This document shows positions 51,521 through 64,000 of a stretch of 64,000 nucleotides of DNA, in pieces (the stretch's first letter is position 1; the number at the start of each line of letters is the position of its first letter). A model generated the notes under the pieces. It made no database searches, had not been told where the DNA came from, and worked only from the letters and a program-made list of their open reading frames with translations. Position numbers and translations under genes: made by a program. The stretch is from the human T2T-CHM13v2.0 reference genome, Homo sapiens. The DNA lies in the NCBI RefSeq assembly GCF_009914755.1, contig NC_060930.1; one strand, written 5' to 3'.

Positions 51521-52598
51521 GCAGACCCCTCCATGCTTCTATCCCCTGGGCTCTGCTGAATGAATGAATGAGACATAGTGGAAACCACCTTTTCTGCACT
51601 TTGTTCTGAGCGTCCCACTCTGACCAAATTAATGATCCCAGTGTTTGACATTGACCCATTGAAGTCAATGTGCTGGCCCTTTGCTTCCCCAAAACTTGTA
51701 GCTTATTAGTTATTTAGAAGCCAGTATCAAGGAGAAAGAGGCAAGTAGGCCTTATCTACTGGGATAGGTCTACCTTTTAGTAGAAGTATGAAAAGGATCA
51801 AAACAGAATATGCAAATACAGATCAAGGAACTAGTGAAGATAGGGCTGTGGAAATGAATCTCAAGCCCCTTGGATCAGCAGTAGACCCTTCCTTCTGGTC
51901 CAGCTTGTCATGCTTTGCTAGGCTAAGGGCTGCCTCCACAGATTGCAGGAACCTGGAACTTACCTGTGGGACAGACCGACACGTATTTGCATAGTAATTT
52001 GTACAGCTAGCTGTAGCTTATTGGAATGATTACTTCAATGTTTGGGAAACATTTAAGATGATTGAAAGGGGGTAATTAGCATTTGGGAGGAGGCATATCT
52101 CCTATCAATTTTCCTTTGAGTCGATACTTAGAGAATCTCTGCTAACAAACTGTTGCCAAATAAAGATCCTGCTGGGTTTTCTTTAATTAATGAGATGGCT
52201 TGATTGTAATTATTCCATTAATTGTTTAAATGCAAATAAGTGCTATTAAGGGTCTTGAAAAGTGTTTCCTCTTAACTATGCTAAATCTTCCCCCTTGTCC
52301 TCTCATTTCTGTTCTGAATTTGCCTAGTATATCCTCTTTTAATAAATAATACAAAAATAAGCATCAACCAAACTCTAGTGGTATAATCACAAATTCTGAA
52401 TTAATGGAGTCTGAATAGAAGTGATGAATTGTATTAGTGTTCTGGAAGAAGATAAGATTCCACTGAATCCATATTTACCATGCAAACAAGCAGGGTAATA
52501 AAACAGAAGAAGTTGTAAAAATGGGAACTTTCAACAGTGTAAACAATTTATAGTCTCTGATGAGATACCAATCTTGGATATATAAACCTAGTCTTTGA

Positions 52599-52797
52599 AT
52601 ACTGTACTTTCAGTGACTCTAGATACTCTTTATTATGGGGGAAAAAAATTCTTGCCTTAATACAATTCTATTCCCTGCCTGCCAAGATATGGGGCTGGGG
52701 GATACTGTACTTTCAGTGACTTTAGAAACTCTTTATTATGGGGGAAAAATGCTTGCTTTAATACAATTCTATTCCCTGCTTGCCAAAATATGGAGCA
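52599..52797. repeat. Local tandem duplication, period about 103 bp
   Basis: ATACTGTACTTTCAGTGACT...TAATACAATTCTATTCCCTGC..GCCAA.ATATGG starts at 52599 and again at 52702. Confidence 0.92.
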
Positions 52798-54265
52798 GCA
52801 GAGTCTCCCCAGCTCCCACACCTGCAGAGAGATTCTTGGGGCTTCACCACGGCAAGACGGTGTGAACAACACAGCTGCATAGTCAGGCTACCTGTAGGGA
52901 GGTGTGAGAGCATTTCCTCCCTCGAGGCTTCATGGCTGGCCTGGAATGTAAGCACGGATGAAAAAGGGGATGCAAACGAGAGAGGCAAGAGTTGTTTCCT
53001 TTACAGCTTAGGAAATTTTTCAGAGCTCTCCTTGTTTCAAGAGGAGAATCCACTGCTGTGGGTTCCTTGTTCCTTTTTCCTTCAGCCCAGCCACCCCGTT
53101 CACTCTGACCCAGGCTGTAAATTTACTTCCTGTGCACGTTGCTCTAGGACTTCTTTTATCTAGATTTTACAAAAGGTCAACTTGACACCGCTCTATCACT
53201 TTACATCTATTCAGGCATGCCATGCTGCTTAGGAAAGAGTAAGAAGTGCACTTTCTCTCTCCAATACATTCTTTTCTGGGCAGACTCTTAGTTCTGAATA
53301 GACAGTTATTTTTGCCCAGAGCTTATTTCTTGTTAATGTCCTGTAAATTCAATATATGGGTCTATATTTCCATGGCTTTGGTCACTAGTTGTGTACAGGA
53401 TGCTTTATTAGTTAAAATTGTGAATCAGTCCTCTCATATATCATTAAAGTACTACCATGGTCTCCAAATCAAGTGTCGTGTTGCCAGGTAGGAATAAGTC
53501 TACAACCAAATAAAGGAGCAGGAGAGTAGAGGAGGGTTTCAAGTTACTGTAGCAGATCAGTTCCCTCCTATACTAAGTGATTTTCCAAATCAATTCAAGC
53601 AATGGCAATTCATCCTGCTGTGGATAGAGGCCGTCACCCATCAGAGGTTGTTTGGTAAGTGTGTGTGCATAATGGGTGGCAAGCAGGCAGTGATGTATTA
53701 ATTAAGACATATTGATGATGTGAGCAGAGGTGTATGACAGCAATAATATTCCAAACACTACTGTGGGCAAATAAGAGTGATGGCTTATGTACAGTAGGAG
53801 TCATCTCTATCAGAGATAAAAGTTACACTTGGCAAGCAAGGCATTTTCTCTCCAGCAGGGAAACTTTAGAAAAACAAATGGGAATCAGAATGTAGCTTGG
53901 TAAATAACACAACAGAGAAACGGATTGTGACAGAAACAAAGGATACTCCCATGAATTCCTGGATTCAGCTGTCAGGATAATTCACCATTAAATCTAACTG
54001 CTAAATATTTGCCATGTGCTATGTGTTATGCTTAGGGAGCATTAAAAAAAATGCATTCTAAAACACTTGGAAATTGCCCAGGTAGTTCTCTTGTTTTTAT
54101 CCTCAACTCAGTTTTTTTTTTTTAAGCCAGTATAGAAACATATTGATTCTTAATCTATTGTTTAATGGTTCAATTGAACAACAAGCAGAAGAGATTATTA
54201 AATTAGTTCAAGATTATCTCTGATCAGGCCCTTCATCTTACTCAATTTAAAAGTATACTTGATTT

Positions 54266-54542
54266 GGCCGGGCGCGGTGGCTCACGCTTGTAATCCCAGC
54301 ACTTTGGGAGGCCGAGGCAGGTGGATCACGAGGTCAGGAGGTCGAGACCATCCTGCCTAACACGGTGAAACCCCGCCTCTACTAAAAATACAAAAAATTA
54401 GCTGGGCGTAGCTACTCAGGAGGCTGAGGCAGGAGAATGGCGTGAACCTGGGAGGCGGAGCTTGCAGTGAGCCGAGATTGCGTCACTGCACTCCAGCGAC
54501 AGAGCCAGACTCCGTCTCAAAAAAAAAAAAAAAAAAAAAAAA
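54266..54542 (+). mobile_element. AluY-type with two internal deletions
   Basis: CpG-rich AluY; junctions GGGCGT^AGCTACTC and CTCCAG^CGACAGAG; TSD AGTATACTTGATTT. Confidence 0.9.
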
Positions 54543-56845
54543 GAGTATACTTGATTTATGGCATGAGTGGTCTTGAATGATTTTGATGGATGACTGGAAA
54601 CAATTAGAGATATAAATAAATAGCACAGAATCATGACAGATTTCATGAAGAATACACTGTGAAGATTCACATGGTTAATAACATTGAAATTATTAAAATA
54701 AAAGAGACTGCATATATTAGATTTTTCTTTGTGATCTAGTTGTTCAAAGCAGCAGAAAACTTTAAATTTTCCTTAATTTTGAAAGTGTGATTAATGGAAT
54801 ATTGTTACAATGCCATTGATTTATATACTTTGAGGATAGTTAACTTCTTTATGTTTATTAGAAATTGCACTGAGAGCTAATATGCAGTTTCTATTGGTGG
54901 TGATATGTTCTGTTAACAGGGCCTCCTGTCAGTTTTTATTCTGAGATTTCTGCCTTTCCTGTTCTTTTGCATGAGCCTAACTGACTGAGTTTCAATATCA
55001 AGTTCTGAAAGCAAGTGAGCATACTAGTGTGCATGCAATGTGCACAGAAAGATGTGTTTTCCTACCTCTCAAAGCTCACCAAAGGATATTACTCATATTG
55101 CCACAAAGTACATTTACACCAATAACACATACTTTGGTAATGGGAAAAATAAATAATCTTAGGTAATAAAATGCACTTTGGTGCTTATAAAGGAAAATAA
55201 TCATCACAGGTAGAAGAGGAGGAAGGCAAGACTAGGTTTTGATTCAAAATGTTTTCTGTTTTGCTAGGAAGTCTAGAAGGAATTTGGTCAAATGACCTGA
55301 GGAGGCAAGGAGATTTCTCCCAGTGGCACATGGCAGTCCACAAGAAGACTAGGGGCAGGGAAACAAAGCAAGATTGTATCTGATTTCTACAGGACTCCAA
55401 CACTACCCTGCCAATACCCTTTTCTCCTCTGAAAGCCATGATCCCAAAGGTTTCCATTTCTTCCGGGTTTTTCACATTCTACCAACAAGCAGAATGTCTT
55501 CCCCACTGACAGCTCAACAGTTGAGTTTTTCGGGGTTCTACCCCTTCATCAACACAGCCTTTGCTTTCCTGGTTACTGAGTAAATAAAACACACTGGCCA
55601 CTTCTGCTTAGCCTTCAGGAGCCACTCTGGCTCCACCCTGAAGTTCCATTTCCTCCAAGAACTAAGACATTTGGAGATTCTGCCTAAAATATGCTTAAAT
55701 AAAAGGGATAAACTGTCTCTCACTTTCTTTCCCCCACAGCTTGTCTTAAGAACAACGGTGTAACCATTAGTGAAAAATCCTTTCAGGCTAGTAAAATGTA
55801 AAAAGAGAAGAGGTATCGGGTAACAACAAATGAAAATAAAATCATTCAGTGGTAGAAACCATAGGAGTGAAATTAGGTAGTTACTGTCCTCCAGCTTACA
55901 TTAATCAAAATAAGCCCACACTGTCACTAAGACATCTTGCAGTAAGAAGCCATTCACCCTCTCATTGCAATTAGTGTCATAAAGCTGAATAGACAGGTCA
56001 GAAATGAAAATCATAGGCCAATTAAGTTATTCTCATTTTTCCACCTCCAGCTAGCTCTTTTTGAGAATTTTGATTTTAATAGATAATAAAACAGTATGCT
56101 AATTGGGTGGTGCTGAGCCTGAAGCCGTGAACTGAAGGAAACTTCAACAAACATTTGGCTAGGGCCTGCTCTAAGCAGAGGGGCTACGACAATGGGTAAG
56201 GCATTTCTCTAGAAACCAGCACTCAGCAGAATTTCTGGCACGAGATTTTGTGAGTTTTCTAGTGGTGTGTCTTATCTTCCCCCAATAGATTATAAACTCC
56301 TCGAGGGTGACAGAACACATTGCTGATCTTTATATCCTGCATGTTTATGGTATTCGGTAGACATTTATAAAATGAATTCATGAAAAGCAGAACATCTAGA
56401 AATGAAGTCAACATTGCAGAGAAGTTAGCTATATGAAACTCTGTAAATACCCTCAAGGAAGAAGGAAGAAGCAGATTTTCTGGAAATCAAGGGACCTCCC
56501 AGTATAAGAGCAATTCCTTTGGTCCAAAGAAGGGCAGCTATAAGAACAGAGACATAACTCCTCCGTAAGAAAAGATAAAAATTCTGAAAGTTCTCTAAGA
56601 ACATGCCCAGCCCTGACCTGCCTCTCACTCTCAGTAGCATGGAAGCCGTACTATCTCTTATCTTGACACAAGCATCCACTTCAATCCACAGGACAAATAT
56701 CACCAATATGAGAAGATAAGATCTGTTTTATAGTCAACTTGGCTGACATGTACTAATTTCTCAAGGTCAGGATAGCTCTCTAAATAGAAATACTTGTTTG
56801 TTTTAAGGAATTTTATTTAAATTTGTGTATCTTAAATTTTAATTT

Positions 56846-57083
56846 TGATCTCGGCTCACTGCAACCTCCACCTCCCAGGTTCAAGCAATTCTCCTGCCTC
56901 AGCCTCCTGAGTAGCTGGGATTACAGGCACCTGTCACCATGCCTGGCCAATTTTTGTATTTTTAGTAGAGACCGGATTTCACCATGTTAACCAGGCTGGT
57001 CTCAAACTCCTGACCTCAAGTGATCTGCTTACCAAGGTCTCCCAGAGTGCTGAGATTACGGGCATGAACCACTGCTCCCAGCC
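56846..57083 (-). mobile_element. AluS lacking its 3' end and tail
   Basis: Reverse Alu from GATCTCGGCTCACTGCAAC to CCCAGCC. Confidence 0.88.
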
Positions 57084-59418
57084 TCATGTAGTTCTTAAGA
57101 GGAAGAAAAGCCTATAGATTAGTGAGAAGTAGACAAATTAGCAATTTGAATCAAATGAAAACTTGGTTTGATTTCATTCATTTTGGAGACACTTTCGGTG
57201 TTTCCATTTTGATCTGATTCAGGACACTGATCTTCGATTCTAAGTTGCACTGGTTAATTTGTGATTATTTTACAAAATCATAACAGAATACATATCTGGG
57301 TCCAGTTCAAGGTACAGCAAGCCATTTTCAATGTTTCCAGCTTGGTGTTTATGATTCATACATGAATCATTTGGGCATGCAGACACACCCAAATAGAAAC
57401 CTCAAACCAATTAAGGTATAAATAGGTTTAGGATGGGGGAGGATGGACAACAAAAAAAACCTCAGTAAGGCTCCTCCACAAAGGGCACCACTTCAGCTTG
57501 GTCCCATGGGCAGACTTCACCTGTGGCAGGTGAAGGGGAAAGCCTAAGACATCCTGTGCCCTGATGCAGATGTGACTTACAGAACATAAAACGTAAAGGC
57601 AGAAGGGATCATCTGGGTGGCTGCTCATACTAGGCAGGCATTATAGCTGCTGACAAGAGCCAACCCATCCCTAAGGATCTAAAATCACTACAAGAGAGGA
57701 CGGAAGTCCTCTCATCATGGCATCCCAACTAGTAACTGGGATGCATAGGGCCACTCCAGGTAGGCAGCGAGGGGTAAACCAGGAATGTCCTGCTGTTCCC
57801 ACCTCTTTTCCCCAAGCAGGGGGCACCCACTTCCTGCCTCCAGCCCATATGGTCTCAATTTATGGCCTCAATACCTGATAAAAAACCAGCCGTGATCCTT
57901 CCTTAGTAACAAAGTGTCAATCAGTCATTTGGAATGGGGCATTTTCAAACTATTGCCTCCCTATGATCTTCTGAAGAACCTCTGGGATAAATGAACATTG
58001 TTATTTAGGTATGGTTAAATGAATTACTTTTCAGGAGCAGATTTATATATTAACAGGTGTGAAAAACTTGAATGGATAAATCATTTATAAAGAAATTTCA
58101 GGAATCAACTAATCCCAAGGGGAAAGACCCACTAAGACACTAGATTTTGCTGGAGCTACTCAAACAAATTCATCTATCATATCTACCTAAGCCTTCCAAT
58201 CAATGAGACTAGCCGCAGTGACACTGTCTGTCAAAACTACCTCAGTCATTTTTTTCCAAGGCAGGAAGCATCCATACCCCTTCACACCTTAATCTAATTT
58301 CCCCTATCTCCACCCCACTCCCACTTCTATGACCCCCTTCCCCCCATACCCACCCCCGAAGCATCTACTAGCCAACTTAGTGAAGTTCTGTCACGCTCTC
58401 ACAACCACCTCTGTGCAGCAATGATTCTGTAAATATCCATGTGTCCTCAACACCAGGTCAAATTAGTCCCTTTGGTAAAAACATTCATTCCCTCAAATTC
58501 TCTTCCAATACACTAATATACCTTCCCAAAAAGTAAGGAGAAGCTTGAAAGCTAGCTGGATTGATGATGGTATGTGATGTTCTATAAGTTATAGTTAGTA
58601 AGCATGTTTTTAGGATATTTTTCTGCTCTCCAAAGAGACACAATTCCGGAAGATATTTACTTTTGTGTATTTCCACATTTTGGTTTAAGTTTGGAGCCAT
58701 CTCTAGATCTTAATTTCATTCCCCTAATATGTGTTATACTAGTAGAATTTTCCAAATTACATAGAATTATAACTGCAACTCTTCTGACTGATGCCTTTTT
58801 TTTGCATTTTATGATGCAGTTTACATCACAAATTCTTTCCCTGCAGGGATTATGTAAAGAGGCATGTTGACCTGCTAGCCCTATGTTACTTTAAGTATAT
58901 GCACACACACAAAAAGGAACAAAAACAGCTGGGAATTGATTATGTTGATATTCTGAATAAAAGCAATAGTTCTAATTATGTATGTCTAATTAGCCACAGC
59001 TCTTCAAGAATTGCTGCAAATGTCACAGGGTTTATAATGTCGGCATTTCATCTTCACGAAAATGCTATTTGATGGCATAAAACCAGAAAAAACTAATGGT
59101 CACAGAAGACAGCTTGTAGATTAGACAAAGGTCACTGTGTTTTAATGAACAGTGCTGTTAATTAATGAGAAAACAACTGGTACATGAGCTTTTAAGCATT
59201 GTGAATTTGTACCCAAAAAATCAATCTGCCTAAAACAATTTTAAGTAGCTAAAAAACAAAATAACGGCAAGAACATAATTTAAACCTCAAATGGTACAGC
59301 AGAGTTATATGTATCAATTAAATTGAATCACAGTTCTCAGGTGTGACATATGAAGAGGCTTCTTTAATGCCTGGAAAAGAGGGTTAATATGGATTGGTAT
59401 TCTCAATACATATTGTAG

Positions 59419-59759
<341 letters not shown>

Positions 59760-60598
59760 ACCACTGCCTCTTAGGCTTCTTAATTTCCTTATCATTTAAG
59801 AAGAATAAGAAAATGCTTCTATGTTTTACCAAAATTCTGTGAGGACAAATGAGGAACCATTGTAACTCCTACAAGGTGAGTGATAAAAATAATACACATT
59901 TATTGTCTTTGCTTTTGTAAAGAGTTATCCAAGCCAAGCTTCTAGGGGCTTAAATAAGGAAGGACAGGACCATTGTTAATAACATCAAGTTTCCACTACA
60001 GCTTTCCTCCAAACAAGTCAAATATTCTGAATATTATTCACTAATCTCTTTAGCTGCCATTTCAGTAAATAGCGAGCATTTTATTTCAACTAAAACCAAG
60101 CAAGAGAAAATGAACTGCTTTATCCTGAGGTACAGCAGCAAAGGCACCAGAACTTGTCTCATGGCTTACCCAGCAAGGGTCAGAAGAACCATCCCTAATT
60201 TAAATCATCTCGACTGAATGTAACAGATTTTTGTATTTTCAACTCATATGAAAATAAAACAATGAGACCTCATCCAAAGGGTGATTTAGAGAGTACCTCT
60301 AAACAAAACACAGTGAAAATAGACCCAGCATCTGGATTTGAAGAACACATTTCCTCTTACGAGTCTATCCCATTGTCTAGATTGCTGGCAATGGCTTTTT
60401 TAAATTTAAATTGTTATTGAGATAATTGTAGATTCACATGCAGTTGTAAGATATAGTAGACATACCCTGTGTATACTTTACCCAATTTCCGCAAAAGGTA
60501 ACATTTTGTAAAACTATAGTATAATATCACAACCAGGATAATAATATTGATACAGCTCACAAATCTCATTCAGATTTCTCCAGTTTTACTTGAATACA

Positions 60599-60600
<2 letters not shown>

Positions 60601-60640
<40 letters not shown>
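60601..60640. repeat. (TG)20 microsatellite
   Basis: Perfect TG run within the L1M 3'UTR. Confidence 0.97.
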
Positions 60641-60643
<3 letters not shown>

Positions 60644-60715
60644 TGGCTCTGTACAGTTTTATCACTTGCAGAGATTAGTATATCTAAAACAACAATCAAG
60701 ATATTGGACAGTTCC

Positions 60716-61086
<371 letters not shown>

Positions 61087-64000
61087 TCACACTTGCACAC
61101 CCCTTCCCTTCTCCAGCCTGACCCCAGCAGCCACTAATCTGTTCTCCATTTCTGAAATGTTTTTATTTCAAAAATGTTATATAAATGGAATAATACAGTG
61201 TATAACTTTTTAAGACTGACTTTTCTTGCACTCAATATAATTCCCTGGCAATTCATTTATGTTACTCTGTGTATCAATAGTTCATTCATTTTTATTATTG
61301 AGTAGCATTCCATGGTATGGAGGCACCAGAGCTTGTTTAACCATCCTCATGGTGAAGGACATCTGGGCTGTTTTTGGGGTCTGGTCATTATGAATACTTC
61401 TTCTGTGAACATTCATGTACAGGTTTTTGTACAAACATAAGTTTTCATGTCTCTGACACGAATGCCCAAGAGTACAATTGCTGAGTCATATGGTAACTAT
61501 ATGTCCAGTTTTATAAGAAACGACCATGCTCAGAAGGACCATACTGTTTTACATTCCCATCAGCAGTGTTTGAATGATCCAGCTTCTCCGCATCCTCCCC
61601 AGCATTTTGTGTTGTCACTATTTTTTGCCACTATTTTTTATTTTAGCCATTCTGCTAGCTGTGTAGTGATACCATTGCGATCTAATTTGCATTTTTCTGA
61701 TGGCTAATGATGTCAAATAACTTTTCATGTGCTTCTTTGCCATATGTGTAACTTCTTTTATGTATGTCCTCTTTTATGAATATCCTATTTATACCTTTGC
61801 CAATTTTCTAATTGAGTTTTTGGTTTTTTACTGTTGAGTTTTAAGGTTTCTTTACATATTTTAGATATTAGTCCTTTGTCAGATATGTGGTTTACAAACA
61901 TTTTCTCCCAGTCTATGGCTTGTCTTTTCATCCTTAGTACCTGGGCTCTCACAGAGTAAGTTTTTACTTTTGATGGAGTCCAATTTCTCATTTTTTCCTT
62001 TTATAACTTCTGCTTTTGATGTCAAGATTAAGAACTCTTTGCTTAGTCCAAATCCCAAAAATATCTCCATTTTTTTCCTAAAAGTTTTATTATTTTATGT
62101 TTAATTTTTAAACCCGTGGTCCATTTTTAAATGATTATCATAAGATAGGAAGTATAGATTAAGGTCCACTTTTTTGCCTATAGATGTCCAATTTTTCCAG
62201 CATCATTTGTTGAGGGCCCTTCTTCCTCCATTGAAATGCTTTTGCACCTTTAAAACAAATCAATTGAGCATATTTGTGTGGGTCTAGTTCTGAATTCTCT
62301 ATTCTGTTCACTGTTCTATATGTCTGTATGTTCCATATGTCTATCCCTCCACCAATCCACAGTCTTGATTACTGGAGCTATAATAGTAGGCTTTAATATC
62401 AGGTAAAGTGATTGATCTCGTTTTATTCTTCTTTGTCAGCATTGTTTTAGCTATTCCAGGTCCTGTGCATTTCCATATAAATTTTAAAATAAGTTTGTAT
62501 CTACCCCCCAAAAAAAACTTTGCTGAGATTTTGACAGGAATTTTATTAGACCTGTAGATCAATTTGGGAAGAATTGACATCTTTGCTATGATCAGTCTTC
62601 CAATTCATAAACACGGTATTTCTCCTCACTTATTTAGGTCTTTTCTGATTTCTTTTATCTGCATTTCATAATCTCAATGCACATAAACCGTATGTGTTTT
62701 TCTAAGTGGATATTTAAGTTATTTTTATTTGGAATTATTATAAATAATAATTTTGTGTTTCTAATTTTCATTTCCACATGATCATTGTTAGTATAAAGAA
62801 ATATGATTAATTTTTATATTGATCATACATCGTGCAGCCTTAGTGAACTCACTTGTTTCAAGAGTGTCTTCGTAGATTTCTTGGGATTTTTCTGTAGACC
62901 ATCATGCCATTTGTAAATAGAGACCATTTTATGTTTACCTTTCCAAACTGCATGGTTTTTTTTCTTTTATTTGGCTTATTGCAGCAACTATTAATATAAC
63001 TTACAATACTATGTTGAATAAGAGTGATGAAAGTATACATCTTGGTTGTTCTTAATGTTGGGGAAAAGCATTCAGTCTTTCACTATTAAGTATGATGTTA
63101 AGTTTGTTGTAAATGCTATTTATCGAATTAAACTGTTAAACCTCTTTTCCTAACTTGCCAAGAGTTTTTTTTAATCATAAATGGGTGTTGGATTTTGTCA
63201 AATGCTATTTCGTCATCAATTTATGTGATTTTTTTTTAGCTTTATTATATAATGCATTATATTGATTGATTTCAACCATTGAGCTAGCCTTGCATACCTG
63301 GAATAAATCCTACTTGCCTATATATTGACTGATTGACTGTTTGCTAATATTTTGCTGAGGATTTTTTGTGTCTAAGTTTATGATAAATATGGGTATGTAG
63401 TTTTTGTTTTGCTTTGTTTTATTGTCTTTGTCTGGTTTTGGTGTCAGGATAATACTGACTTCATAAAATCATTGAGAAAGTTTTTTCTCCTCTATTTTCT
63501 GGGAGAAATTGTGTGAAAATGATATATTCTTATTTAAATGTCTGGTTGATTTTGCCAGTGAAACCATTTGACCTGGACATTTCTGTTTGGGGAGATTTTA
63601 AACTATGAGTTCAATTGCTTTAGCGGTTATAGGGCTACCTAGATTGTCTATTTCTTCTTTGTTGAGTTTTGGTAGCTTGTAGTTTTAAAGGATTTGGTCC
63701 ATTTCTTCTAAGTTATCAAGTGTATGTGCGTAAAGTTACCATAGTACTCCTTCATTTTTTCAGTGGCGTAGAATCTATACTGATATCCCCTATTACATTC
63801 CTGACATTGGGGATTTTCATCAGCTTTCAAGAAAGAGATTTATCAACTTTATTGATTTTCTCAAGGAACCACTTTTTTGTTTCATGGATTTTCCATATTG
63901 TTTTCCTCTTTTCAGTTTCATTAATTTTTGCTCTTTTCTATGTTATTTCCTTCTATCTGCTTCCTTTGGGTTTATTTTACCCTTCTTTTTCCAATTTCTT

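Overview
Human intronic DNA from the KCNQ5 (Kv7.5 potassium channel) gene, transcribed on the + strand. It covers the 3' end of intron 1, the 91-nt coding exon 2 (28508-28598) and most of intron 2. Exon numbering and the 6q13 location are recalled from the known gene and were not looked up. The rest is mostly retroelement-derived. There are two full-length L1s antisense to the gene: an L1PA5/6-type copy (about 3301-9465) and a human-specific L1HS-Ta (13256-19286) with intact ORF1 and ORF0 and an ORF2 broken by one nonsense codon. Between them is a KNOP1 processed pseudogene nested in an older L1 3' end. The window also holds about 12 Alus, old L1M, L2, MIR and CR1 relics, MER119, MER58, a MER21 solo LTR and STRs. 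The main observation is that both full-length L1s point their antisense promoter and an open ORF0 toward exon 2. In both, the second ORF0 splice donor (nt 191, phase 2) is in frame with the phase-2 acceptor of exon 2. This predicts ORF0-Kv7.5 fusion subunits lacking the native N-terminus. The prediction rests on frame arithmetic only; there is no expression evidence in the window.
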